64,000 nt of DNA from Octopus sinensis (GCF_006345805.1 NC_043021.1:19096001-19160000); one strand, 5' to 3'; positions 1 through 10,339 are shown, counted from the stretch's first letter. The notes: a model not told the origin generated them from the sequence alone. Program-made: numbers and translations.

Positions 1-170
1 TGTATTTCAAAGGGGCCGGCCTTGTCACACTCTGTATCACGCTGAATCTCCTCGAGGACTACGCTAAGGGTTACACGTGCCCGTGGAGTGCACGTTAACT
101 TCACGAGCAGGCTGTTCCGTTGATTGGATCGACTGGAACCCTCGTCGTCGTAACCGACGGACTGTCACGA
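1..170 (+). mobile_element. 3' tail of SINE-D type (also used by SINE-C hybrids), cut by window edge
   Basis: Matches 27790-27960 and 40855-41035 (gtatttcaaagg...ggaaccctcgtcgtcgtaacc). Confidence 0.8.
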
Positions 171-299
171 AGCTTTCTGTAAACAAAAGGAACGAATTCA
201 TAAGTGTGTAAGACTGTATGTGGTCGCTCCACATGCTAGAAATAGCAGCCAAATTTCCCTCAACTTGTACAGGCACATTTATTTGTGTGTGTATTAACC

Positions 300-475
300 C
301 CCGACCCATAACCGTTTGACAACCGGTGTCGGTGTGTTTACGTCCCTGAAACGTAGCGGTTCGGCAAAACAGACCGATAGAATAAGTACTAGGCTTTAAG
401 AAGTCCCGGGGTTGATTTGTTCGACAAAAAAACCTTCGAGGTGGTGCTCCAGCATGGCCGCAATCAAATGAAATA
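300..475 (+). mobile_element. SINE-A 3' half
   Basis: gacaacc...ggtgtgtttacgtccc...cggcaaaa...gatagaataagtact...ctccagcatggccg, shared with about 20 copies in the window. Confidence 0.8.
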
Positions 476-843
476 ATAAAAGAATAACAGAATAAGTACT
501 AGTCTTAATAATTAAACACTGAGGTCGATTTGCTCGTTAAAGCATTGAAGGCAGCGCTCCAGCATGGCCGCTGTCTAACGACGGAAACTACTATCAGGTA
601 AAAGATATGGAACCCTGTTGCTAATAGCTTCCATTGTAGTTGTGATAATGGATTTGGTGAACAATAGCGTCGTTGGTTACTGAGGGAGATAATCATTGTA
701 TTGTGTATTGTGGCGATAACCACATGGAACGGTGATGTAAATCGAAGGGGACGGATCAAACATTAAAAGGGTATTTTGTGTTTCGAAGCACCGTTTTATC
801 GCGGGTATTTTTTAATCTTTCGCCGAAAAACCATCAAACAGCC

Positions 844-1039
844 AGTACTGCTTGAAAACAGTGGTCCCGGTGCGCGCACTCGCTTAGTTGCGCATCCGCG
901 CTAGCTAGTCGTGACTAGTCGATCCTACAACGACTACCTAGCAAAGTAAATAAAACACAAAGTAAGAGTCGACTAGTCATGACAAGCTGACGGAGATGCG
1001 CGAGTGCGCTCACCGGGACCACTGTTCTCTAGTAGTACC
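844..1039. mobile_element. Foldback MITE with 9-bp TSD (Mutator-like)
   Basis: Arms cagtggtcccggtgcgcgcactcgc...gtcgtgactagtcga and tcgactagtcatgac...gcgagtgcgctcaccgggaccactg. CAAACAGCC is duplicated at 835-843 and 1040-1048. Confidence 0.7.
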
Positions 1040-1339
1040 CAAACAGCCAGATATGCACACACACATACATATATATACGTGTGTATATGTATGTTTGTGT
1101 GTGTGTGTAAGAGAACCGACAAAGTATGTACCTAACCTGAAACCTACTTATTACGCGGATGCGCGTAATAAGCCTTCGCTAAGAGTTTTTCACGAACCGA
1201 ATAACACTCCTTTTATGAATATAATCGAAGACCACACACTTCGATCAAACCTAGGACTAACTATACGGTTGCAAAGCGAACTTAATTCCACAGTCATTGC
1301 CTGGCCGCAGTTGTTGTTTAGCTCTGATCGAGCAGATCT

Positions 1340-1670
1340 TTTTTAAAAAGACTCCGCCGGTTACGACGACGAGGGTCCCAGCTGATACGATCAACGGAAC
1401 AGCTTGCTCGTGAAATTAACGTGCAAATGGCTGAGCATTCCACAGACACGTGTACCCTTAACGTAGTTCTCGGGGATAATCAGCGTGACACAGAGAGTGA
1501 CAAGGCTGACCCTTTGAAATACAAGTACAACTCATTTTTGCCAGCTGAGTGGACTGGAGCAACGTGAAATAAAGTGTCTTGCTCAAGGACACAACGCGTC
1601 GCCGGGAATCGAACTCACAACCTTACGATCATGAGCCGAATGCCCTAACCACTAAGCCACGCACCCTCAC
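1340..1670 (-). mobile_element. SINE-D, full length (tRNA head, CORE-like segment gtgtccttgagcaagacac)
   Basis: A box TGGCTTAGTGG, B box GTTCGATTCC. 11-bp TSD CGAGCAGATCT at 1329-1339 and 1671-1681. Near-identical to 27640-27968. Confidence 0.9.
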
Positions 1671-2489
1671 CGAGCAGATCTAATGACGAAAGGCATCGTA
1701 TAAATTTGTGTATCAGCAACCACAATAATTTTAGAAGAGTGCGCTTTCACTGCTATTTCTAGCGATTAGAGTGACCTCATAAACGCCCTTATAGTCAGAC
1801 ACCGATCACACTAGGTTTGCGATCTTCCTCCGAAGATACAGTGTGGATTCGTTCAACAGTCTCAAAGTACTATCGATATTTATTATAGCCATAACATTAT
1901 GAGTTCGAATCCTGTCAGTAGAACTCGGTAAAATAAATACCACCCGAGGACGAAGAAGAACCGATTTAATCAGTTCTGTCTGATGATATACCTCATCTTA
2001 CATTTGAATTTACGAATCGTGATTAAATTTTTCTCTCAATTTAAACATGTTTTTCTACTTGTGTGTCGAATCCGATCGACGGCGTTCTAGACACGACCAT
2101 CGCATCTTTTTCGATACGGTTGGGTATGAACTGGCCGTTATTTCTAGCAGAAAGAGTGACCACGTACGAGAATTATATCATTTTAATTTGTCTGTTAAGT
2201 GAGTTGGGGGTTTGTGATAGAGTGCCGGGGCAGATCTTAGGGTTAAATCTAATTTTTATTTTAAATTGTTTACGTTTTTGGTATTTAAAATTCTGATGGA
2301 AGAATATATCAACTTTTTTCTTGGCGATCCTTCGGTATAAGTACCGTAAGTGGCTTTGTTTACATTTCTGAAGATAACAGAAACCCTTTTCTCCCACCCC
2401 TAACCCTAGCCCCCCATATATAGAAAAAAAAAACACTTTCTTGATATGTATCCGGTACCTATACCGAAGTTACGCCCAACCTTTTTCTT

Positions 2490-2960
2490 TTACTTCACTT
2501 GTTTCAGTCACTGGGAGACTGTGGTCATGCTGGGGCACCGACTTACCCAATATTTCTTTTAAAGCCTGGTTCGAATTCTATCAGTGCCTTGGCCGAACTG
2601 CTAAGTTACGGGGTGTAAACAAACAAACATTGGTTGTAAAGTAGTGGTGGGACAGGCACATAAAGCTTTGTTCAGCCTGGGGTTTACAATAGAAGACACG
2701 CTGTGGGACTGAACCCGAGGTTAAATGATGGTTATGAGGTAACAATTAACCCAATATTAATTAGTCTGATGTTAATTTAATTTAGATGAGGCTTTCAAAA
2801 ATAAGTTTATCAGTGCCTTGGCCGAACTGCTACGTTACGGGGTGTAAACAAACCAACAATGGTTGAAATGTAGTGGTTAGGGACAAGCACAAACAGCTTT
2901 GTTCAGCCTAGGGTCACAATAGAAGACACGCTGTGGGACGGAACCCAAAGTGTAATGGTA
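2490..2960 (-). mobile_element. Internally deleted SINE-A derivatives, tandemly duplicated (2580-2800 and 2808-2960)
   Basis: SINE-A tail, mid and head motifs fused. The unit atcagtgccttggccgaactgcta...agaagacacgctgtgggac is repeated. Confidence 0.6.
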
Positions 2961-3425
2961 AGGCGGCCGCAATTAACCCAATATTAATTAGTCTGATGTT
3001 AATTTAATTATCGCCTCATGGTTAGATGAGGCTTTCAAAAATAAGTCTATAGACTCATTAAAATGTTCCTCCCCACGGAAATCTTTAGTAAAAGGCGAAA
3101 GATTTATCCGCTCGGGGTGAGGAGAAACCAGAGTTAACTGACACACATTTTGACATTCAATGTTATACAAAATGTCTAACTAAACAAACACTGATTCACA
3201 AATATAAATTAATGCTTTTAATTAATTCTCTGCTTGACAAATTATAAATATTTTTATAATTAAATAATTATCACATTATAATAAATATTTTCTATTATAT
3301 TTTATAAGGAGTTATTTAAATTTTAATTAAATAAAACTAAATTTATTTATATCTATCAGTGATGTTTATAAGCGACCTTCACCTTGATAACGATTGCTGA
3401 TTTTCCTCCCTTCTAAAACCACATG
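2890..3425. repeat. Unclassified ~530-bp interspersed repeat Y, copy 1
   Basis: Aligns with 41190-41705 over its whole length. Confidence 0.85.
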
Positions 3426-3719
3426 TTTAACAAAAGAAACGAATTGATGGCTATGTGCGGCTTGTACGTAGTCGCTTTGTATGCTAGAAATAGCAGCCAA
3501 ATCTCCCTCAAATCCTACAGGCAGTCTTTTAAAAACGATTACGGACACACTGGATAACGTAGATTTATATAATCTGTTAGAAAAAGAAAAAAAAATACGA
3601 GATAGTCACGCCTGGAATGCCTTCTGCTCAGTGTTCTACTTGATCAGGGCTCGCCGGGAATTAAAAATGAAGACAACTTTTTACAGTAGTTAGCGTCACT
3701 ATCCATGAAATATAACGAC

Positions 3720-3935
3720 CGTTGCTGTTTAGCCACGGACCGATATTGATTGAATAAATGTATGAGCAAAATTCTTTCAGCCATAACAATCGGGTTTTAT
3801 TTATTTATTCATTTGCTTGTATTCTTTGTACTTACATAATGCTCTGTTCTTTTTAACCCTAATTGGTCGAGTTTAGCTTAAAACAAACTGGCTGCTATTT
3901 CTAGCAGATCGAGCTACCATATAAAGGCTCTCACA
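3720..3935. repeat. Short interspersed repeat family F (gtttagcc... / ...ggctgctatttctagc)
   Basis: Its motifs recur at 170-270, 1310-1340 plus 1671-1790, 3430-3520, 7085-7145, 16520-16580 and 56735-56960. Class not determined. Confidence 0.55.
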
Positions 3936-4053
3936 ACTGGTCGCGAAAAGCAGTAGTTTCGTTTCATACCCAGGTGTATGATGAAAGAAGTTCGTGAGAT
4001 ATGTGCGTGCGCGCGTGTGCACCCGTGGCGGGTGGGGTTCTATGTGTTACGTA

Positions 4054-4960
4054 AGGCGGCGAGCTGGCAGAAACGTTAGCCGTATTTCGTCTGCCGTTAC
4101 GTTCTGGGTTCAAATTCCGCCGAGGTCGACTTTGCCTTTCATCCTTTCGGGGTAGATAAATTAAGTACCAGTTACGAACTATGGTCGATGTAATTGACTT
4201 AATTCGTTTGTCTGTCCTTGTTTGTCCCCTCTGTGTTTAGCCCCTTGTGGGTAGTAAAGAAATAGGTATTTCGTCTGCTGCTACGTTCTGGGTTCAAATT
4301 CTGCCGCGACGTTGGGAGTTCAAATTCCGCCGAGGTCGACCTTGCCTTTCATCCTTTCGGGGTAGATAAATTAAGTACCAGTTACGCACTGGGGTCGATG
4401 TAATCGACTTAATCCGTTTGTCTCCTCTATGTGGGCAATAAAGAAATAAGAAACGTTAGCACACTGGCAGAAACGTTAGCCGTATTTCGTCTGCCGTTAC
4501 GTTCTGGGTTCAAATTCCGCCGAGGTCGACTTTGCCTTTCATCCTTTCGGAGTTGATAAATTAAGTACCAGTTACGAACTGGGGTCGATGTAATCGACTT
4601 AATACCCATGTCTGTCCTTGTTTGTCCCCTCTGTGTTTAGCCCCTTGTGGGTAGTAAAGTAATAGGTATTTCGTCTGCCGCGACGTTGTGAGTTCAAATT
4701 CCGCCGAGGTCGACTTTGCCTTTCATCCTTTCTGGGTAGATAAATTAAGTACCAGTTATGCACTGGGACCGATATAATTGACTTAATCCCTTTGTCTGTC
4801 CTTGTCTGTTCCCTCTATGTTTAGCTCCTTGTGGGCAATAAAGAAATAAGAATTGTTACCGCGCCGGTCAAAATCCTTAGCGGCATTTGCAGCCGTCTTT
4901 ACGCTTGGGGTTCAAATTCCGCCGAGGTCGACTTCGTCTTTCATCCTTTCGATGAAGGTG
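4054..4960 (+). mobile_element. SINE-B tandem cluster (tRNA head plus Meta/MESC-like central domain)
   Basis: Head ggcggcgagctggcagaaacgttagc and repeated ~180-bp body gagttcaaattccgccgaggtcgactttgcctttcatcctttcggggtcgataaattaagtaccag...gtagtaaagaaatagg. The central-domain name is from recall. Confidence 0.88.
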
Positions 4961-5204
4961 AAGAATACGCACACCCGGTATTTAGGGTTAGGGTTGTGGT
5001 TACGCCGAAAACGGGTGGCGTGTGTATTCTTTACCTCCACCGTCGAACACTGGAGAGTCGTCGATGTAATCGACTTACCCCATCCTCCGAAATTGCTGGC
5101 CTTGTATGAATGTGTTTGCATCGTTGTATGAAAGTACGTGTGTATGCATACATGTGTGTGTGTGTGTGTGTAAGATTCAATGTATGGGTGTATGTCATGC
5201 AGTG

Positions 5205-5320
5205 AGCTGGCAGAATCGTTACCGCGCCGGTCATAATGCTTAGCGACATTTCGTTCGTGTTTACGTTCTGAGTTCAAATTTCGCCGAGGTCGATTTGCCT
5301 TTCATCCCTTCAGGGGTAAT
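5205..5320 (+). mobile_element. SINE-B 5' fragment
   Basis: gagctggcagaatcgtta...gagttcaaatttcgccgaggtcga. Confidence 0.7.
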
Positions 5321-5558
5321 TGTTCAGTTTACGTTCGTGGAAAAAATAAGTAAAGGGATAGTGACATAATTAAATACACCAAAGTATGTTGTCTGATATT
5401 TTACTCTTGTCACCCCCTCGACGTTGTCTGTCATTTACAACTGATTTCGGCAGAAGTAAAGATCATGGACTGTACCCACCTCTGCGATTTTTTTCCCCTT
5501 TTTTCTATTTTACAGGAACACACTATATCGAGGGCGGAGATTCCGAATCTACAAAAAA

Positions 5559-6138
5559 AAATCTGCATTTCAAAATTTTAATCCCCCCCCCCCTCCAAAA
5601 TTTCTTAAATTTTCACTTTTTAAAAAAAAAATTATCTTTTTGGCTAAATACGTAGAAAAATACAAAGATTCCGAGAAATTGTATTCACCTCAATAGACGT
5701 CATTGATTGGTTGAAATTGCCGAAATTAAACGACAAATAGCTTACAAACTACAGAATTTTCTCAAGAAATCCAAGAGAGAAAGATGTTTTATGTAACACA
5801 TTCTACCAGTATACGACAGGCTTCTTTCAGTTTCCGTCTACCAAATCCACTCACAAGGCTTTGGTCGGCCCGAGGCTATAGTAGAAGACACTTGCCCAAG
5901 GTGCCACGCAGTGGGACTGAACCCGGAACCATGTGGTTGGTAAACAAGCTACTTACCACACAGCCACTCCTGCACCTTTATATAAGGTGTTTATTTATTT
6001 ATTTTTTTTTTTTTTCAGAATCATAATCTCAGTATTTTTTTAAGATTTAAAAAATCTAAAAGATTTTTTAAAAAAGCGAAAATTTAAGAAATGTAAGTGG
6101 GGGGAAATGAAGTGGGGGTGTTAAATCTTGAAATGCAG

Positions 6139-6142
<4 letters not shown>
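5559..6142. mobile_element. TIR element (MITE) with ~70-bp inverted ends, containing a SINE-A head (5812-5975, -)
   Basis: aaatctgcatttcaaaattttaatcccc...atttcttaaattttc at left, reverse complement at 6064-6142. Internal 5665-5812 is the reverse complement of 36535-36690. Confidence 0.6.
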
Positions 6143-6171
<29 letters not shown>

Positions 6172-6173
<2 letters not shown>

Positions 6174-6422
6174 CGTGACCGACCAGACTAACAGATGTTG
6201 CTACACATCGCTGGTCACAATGCGCTTCGCATTGTTTTAGCCTTCAAATGATGCCAACAGAAGAAAGAGTGAGAGAAAGTTGTGGCGAAAGATGATCGCC
6301 ACCACCCCCTGCCGGAGCCTCGTGGAGCTTTAGGTGTTTTCGCTCAATAAACACTCACAACGCCCGGTCTGGGAATCGAAACTGCGAGTCCGCCTCCCTA
6401 ACCACTGGGCCATTGCGCCACC
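6172..6422 (-). mobile_element. SINE-C, tail type 1
   Basis: Head tggcgcaatggcccagtggttaggg...gactcgc...ttcgattcccagacc. Tail gaaggctaaaacaatgcgaagcgcattgtgaccagcg...cggtcacggtg also occurs at 15500-15597. Confidence 0.8.
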
Positions 6423-6444
6423 ACACACACACACACATATATAT

Positions 6445-6600
6445 ATGTGGCGTTAGGAAGGGCATCCAGCCGTAGAAACACTGCCAAATCTGACTGGGCC
6501 TGATGAAGCCTTCCGGCTTCCCAGACCCCAGTTAAACCGTCCAACCCATGCTAGCATGGAAAATGGACGCTAAATGATGATGATGATGATGATGATGATA
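6445..6600 (+). mobile_element. RTE 3'-end retroposon (family E)
   Basis: ggcgttaggaagggcatccagc...aacccatgctagcatggaaa + (GAT)n. The same tail follows the RTE ORF remnant at 49340-50335. Confidence 0.8.
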
Positions 6601-6719
6601 TATATCCGATATCTTTTTCCTTGGTTCGGTTGTTAGACTGCCGTCATGCTGGGGCACTGCCTTGAAAATTTTAGTCGAATGGAGTGACCTTGTAATTATT
6701 CTATTATTCTAACAAGCAT

Positions 6720-6945
6720 GAAATGATGAAGGTGGTGATGGTGGCGGTGGCAGCGGTGGTGGTGGTGAGAAGGACAACAACGATGATCACGATGATGATG
6801 ATGATGGTGGTGATGATGACGATGGTGGTGATGATGACGATGGTGGTGACGATGATGATGGTGGTGATGATGACGATGGTGGTGCTGGTGGTGCTGGTGC
6901 TGGTGCTGATGACGATGACAATGATGATGATGACGATCACAGCAA
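6720..6945. repeat. (GAT/GGT)n compound microsatellite
   Basis: Direct reading. Confidence 0.9.
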
Positions 6946-7328
6946 TAATACACACACACACACACACACACGTGCATGCAATATGGTCAAATGAGTATGA
7001 TATTCCCAATGATATTCCCAATGAGCTGAGTTCAATCTCAGTAAGTAGCATCAATTTTTTTTTTCAAAGACAATTGCCTGTAATATGAGGTGACATTTGG
7101 CTGTTGTTTCCAGCAAGTCGATCTACTATGTAGAAGATTCTTCATCTGGCTCATTTCCATTCACCCTGCTCTTCCACCATTCATATATTGCTAACCTAGT
7201 ATTGTTCTGGGGTGGGAGCAGTGTTTGATCCACTCCATCCTTGCCACCCCCTTACAAACATCACTCTTACATCAGATCAAAAAGTATTCATTTTTATTAA
7301 TATTATTTTTCCTTTATTTTCATTACAG

Positions 7329-7595
7329 AACAAGTTCATGGACATCAAATCCAAAAAGCCAAAGATTATTCCAGAAGGATTATCTGAAGGATTCTATTTC
7401 CTTTTTGAAAATCGTCAGCTTTCATTTATAAATCCCACAATATTTCAAAAAGTTGCTTTAGAGAATGTCTTGAAGTGAAAGCAAAAGAAAAAATATAAAA
7501 AAAAAGGAAAAGAATTTTTGAAAATATAAATCTGTAGATTTTTATTTTAAATTTATGTAAACAGTGACAAACAAGATAAAGCACCTTCTTCCAAA
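7329..7595 (+). other. Probable 5' UTR portion of the first coding exon
   Basis: Polypyrimidine acceptor cctttattttcattacag| at 7328, then non-repetitive A-rich sequence up to the ATG. The upstream exon was not identified. Confidence 0.45.
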
Positions 7596-8363
7596 ATGTT
7601 GCCTGACTACCAAGCCCTGTCGTGGGTCGTCCTTTGCCCAATAGCCATAGTGACAAATTGCTTTGGTGCCATTATCATTAGTCATTATAGAAGCTCCTAC
7701 ATCGGAACAGATTTGGTTCTAATTACACTCCTGTTGGCAATGGCAGCCAACGCTGGTATCTTGCTCCTGGTCCCTGCCGTTTATGTCATGCTAAACATGA
7801 CTTGGAGTACAGGGCTGTGCTTCTTTTACATTTGGATTTTCGGCTTCCTTCGTGCGGTCGGTCTCATCGGACTGTTTGTCCTCAGCTTCCACTGGTCCCA
7901 TGTTTCAAAACTAACACCTTTGAATCGCATACAGATGCCCAGCTTTCCAATCAAGAGCTCTCTTCTGGTCACAGTGCTCATTTCCATAATAGTCGGCATC
8001 TTACCATTGGTTCGCATACTGATGCGGCCCGACCCCTTTGATATAAACCTTCCCTGTATGTTCCTCACCTATGATGCCGATCCAGCTCTGGCCATTTTCA
8101 TCATCATTTTGACTCTGGTGGTTTTCTTTGCAATTATCATCTGCCTCATTGACTCCGGTCTTCTCCTGCACAGCTACAAGTCCATGTTCCTACTCAAATA
8201 TAAATCCGGCGGCTTCTACGACACTGAACGAGCTCGTGCCACGTGGAGCCGAACTGGCATCATCAGTGACACGTATTCGGAGATCAACAACACTTTCGAT
8301 TTATGGAGGGTTGTACTACTTCAGTTTCTTCTGTCCACTTTAATCAACCACATTCCATATTTG
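7596..8363 (+). CDS. Coding exon 1 of orphan class-A GPCR (GPR153/GPR162-like), TM1-TM6
   Basis: AAAATG start, 256 open codons with six hydrophobic segments (SWVVLCPIAIVTNCFG; DLVLITLLLAMAAN; W-S-T-G-L-C before TM3; LSFHW at the DRY position; IVGILPLV; CMFL before TM5; NHIPYL). Ends at a consensus donor TTG|GTAAGT, phase 0. The family call is from recalled similarity to GPR153/162 motifs (EWNEGLCK, SLSYHR, GFPVL), not from a search. Confidence 0.9.
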
Positions 8364-8504
8364 GTAAGTTTATTTCTTGTTTTAATTTGTGTGTGTGTGT
8401 GTGCGTGCACGTGCGCATGTGTGTGTGTGTGTAATAATCATCGCTTTTTTCATGCAGGCATACGTACATACATACATACGTAAAAATTAAACATACATAT
8501 TCTT

Positions 8505-8733
8505 TTATTCTTTTATTTGTTTCAGTCATTTGACTGTGCCCATTCTGGAGCACCACTTTGAAGGATTGCTTTTAGTCAAACAAATCAACCCTAAGACTTA
8601 TTTCTTTAGGCCTAGTACTTGTTCTGTTGGTGTCTTTGACCAAACTGCCAAGCTACAGGGATGCAAACCCACCAACACTGGTTGTCAAGTAGTCGTGGGG
8701 TCACAAACAGATACAAAGACAAATGCACACAGA

Positions 8734-8784
<51 letters not shown>

Positions 8785-9260
8785 TTAGCAATTAAGGACA
8801 ACTACTTAATAAGGAAAACTTAACAAGAAATTGTCAGGTAGATAGCGTAAAAACCTCATAAGAGAAAAAATTTCGAAAATAATTATTTCTTATTGAACAT
8901 TTAATTTATATATAGAGGGCATTATACATACATGCCAGAAGGCATTATACATACATGCCAAACGCTAAGAGGGACAATTAGTCATTTCTACCAAAAATAT
9001 TACTAATCCCACCGAATGCAATTTTTCAAAGTAAGACATTTAAAAATATAGACCTGTATCACAGTATTTCATACTTACGTATCATCAGCAGGCCTGAATG
9101 TATATATATATATATAGACAGGCTTCTTCAGTTTCCATCTACTAAATCCACTTACCCGAAGCTACTGTAGAAGACACTTGCCCAAGGTGCCATGCAGGGG
9201 GACTGAACCTGGAACCATGTGGTTGAGAAGCAAGCTTCTTACCGCACAGCCTTTCTCATG
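8505..9260 (-). mobile_element. SINE-A split by a PLE-type insert in its central (TA)n
   Basis: Tail half 8505-8720 and head half 9115-9260 share orientation; 8782-9100 intervenes between TA runs. Confidence 0.75.
9051..9094 (-). ncRNA. Minimal type-I hammerhead ribozyme
   Basis: Minus strand GGCCTG-CTGATGA-TAC GTAA GTA-T-GAAA-TACTGTGA-TA-CAGGTC: 6-bp stem I, canonical core, GNRA-capped stem II, imperfect stem III. Confidence 0.65.
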
Positions 9261-9285
9261 CCTACTATACAAACATACATACATG

Positions 9286-9600
9286 CATGAAGAGAAATTG
9301 TGCACAGTTGTGGAAATTAGCTGCCCAGTGGACACTAACGTAAAGCTGAAGATCAGTGGAAAAGAGAACACCTATACTGAACTATTGAGAAATCTACAGT
9401 TTACTCTATCCAGATTACAAATTCAGTTTTATACCTATAATTATTGGGGCCTTGGGATATGTAACACACTGTCTAAATACCAATCTTGAGAAAATAGGCT
9501 TCTCAAAACCAGAAAGGAGAAGGCTATTTCGAGGACTACAAATCCAATCCATCACTGGAATTGTAAAAATCTGTAAAACTTTCCACAAGTTAATCATTTA
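9286..9600 (+). mobile_element. 3' fragment of a restriction-like-endonuclease (RLE) non-LTR retrotransposon
   Basis: Translates across one frameshift to ...CTVVEISCPVDTNV...KENTY.ELL / YPDYKFSFIPIIIGALG...LQIQSITGIVKICKTF*, typical of the RLE C-terminus in R2/R4/NeSL-group elements. Confidence 0.75.
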
Positions 9601-9689
9601 AATATATATGAGCATGTCTAGATATGTAGCTATATGCATGTGAATACATATATAAAACATACAAATCTGCACATACATTCATATAAACA

Positions 9690-9812
9690 AAAGTACCCTG
9701 TTGTTGATGTTGAAATTCCAATGAAGCAGCCTTGGATCTAGTTAGAAACTGGCCCTTTCTCTATTGATAAGAAATCTTGTAATAAACTCAATAATGACAT
9801 ACATACATATAT
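9690..9812 (+). repeat. Short microsatellite-flanked repeat, probably a PLE terminal-repeat remnant
   Basis: Reverse-complement copy at 43185-43290; carries a decayed hammerhead-like TGAAG..AGCCT..AG(G)TT..GAAAC. Confidence 0.55.
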
Positions 9813-10082
9813 TCATATACAAAGACAATATATATATATAACTATATATACATATATATAACAATATTTTACAATTACGAGTGTAATTATAATTAGGGTT
9901 CAGCAAAAGTTTGCTTTACCACATACCAAAGTTTAGAAATAGCAGCCAAAGACCCTTAGTTATTTCTTCTACTATATGAAGAGACACACGGACAAAACAA
10001 AATGCTCAAAAAATGGTCCTTTTTCATGCCGAATTCTATTTGGTGGAATTATTAATTACTATTTAATTAATTAATTTTACCC

Positions 10083-10148
10083 TTAATTATTATTGATTAT
10101 ATATATACATATATATATATATGCACATATTATACACACACAAACAAT

Positions 10149-10196
<48 letters not shown>

Positions 10197-10339
10197 TATA
10201 TGCACATATATACACACACACACATATATATATATATATACATATATATATACATACATATATATATACATATACATACACACATATAAATATGCATACT
10301 TTATATACATCTATATATGTATATATATATGTATGTATA

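Noticed and set aside
1600-1670. tRNA genes (also SINE-A, -B and -C heads)
   Set aside because: A and B boxes are present, but acceptor stems are incomplete and each continues into a SINE body with TSDs.
3060-3125. HDV-like ribozyme or mitochondrial insertion in repeat Y
   Set aside because: TTCC-TCCCCAC-GGAA resembles P3/L3 but lacks the conserved G, and P1 strands are in the wrong order. No mitochondrial gene or rRNA motif was recognised.
2988-3170. Shared minus-strand ORF in both Y copies (…SPHPERINLSPFTKDF…)
   Set aside because: Identity follows from the near-identical DNA; there are no synonymous differences to show coding constraint and no recognisable domain.
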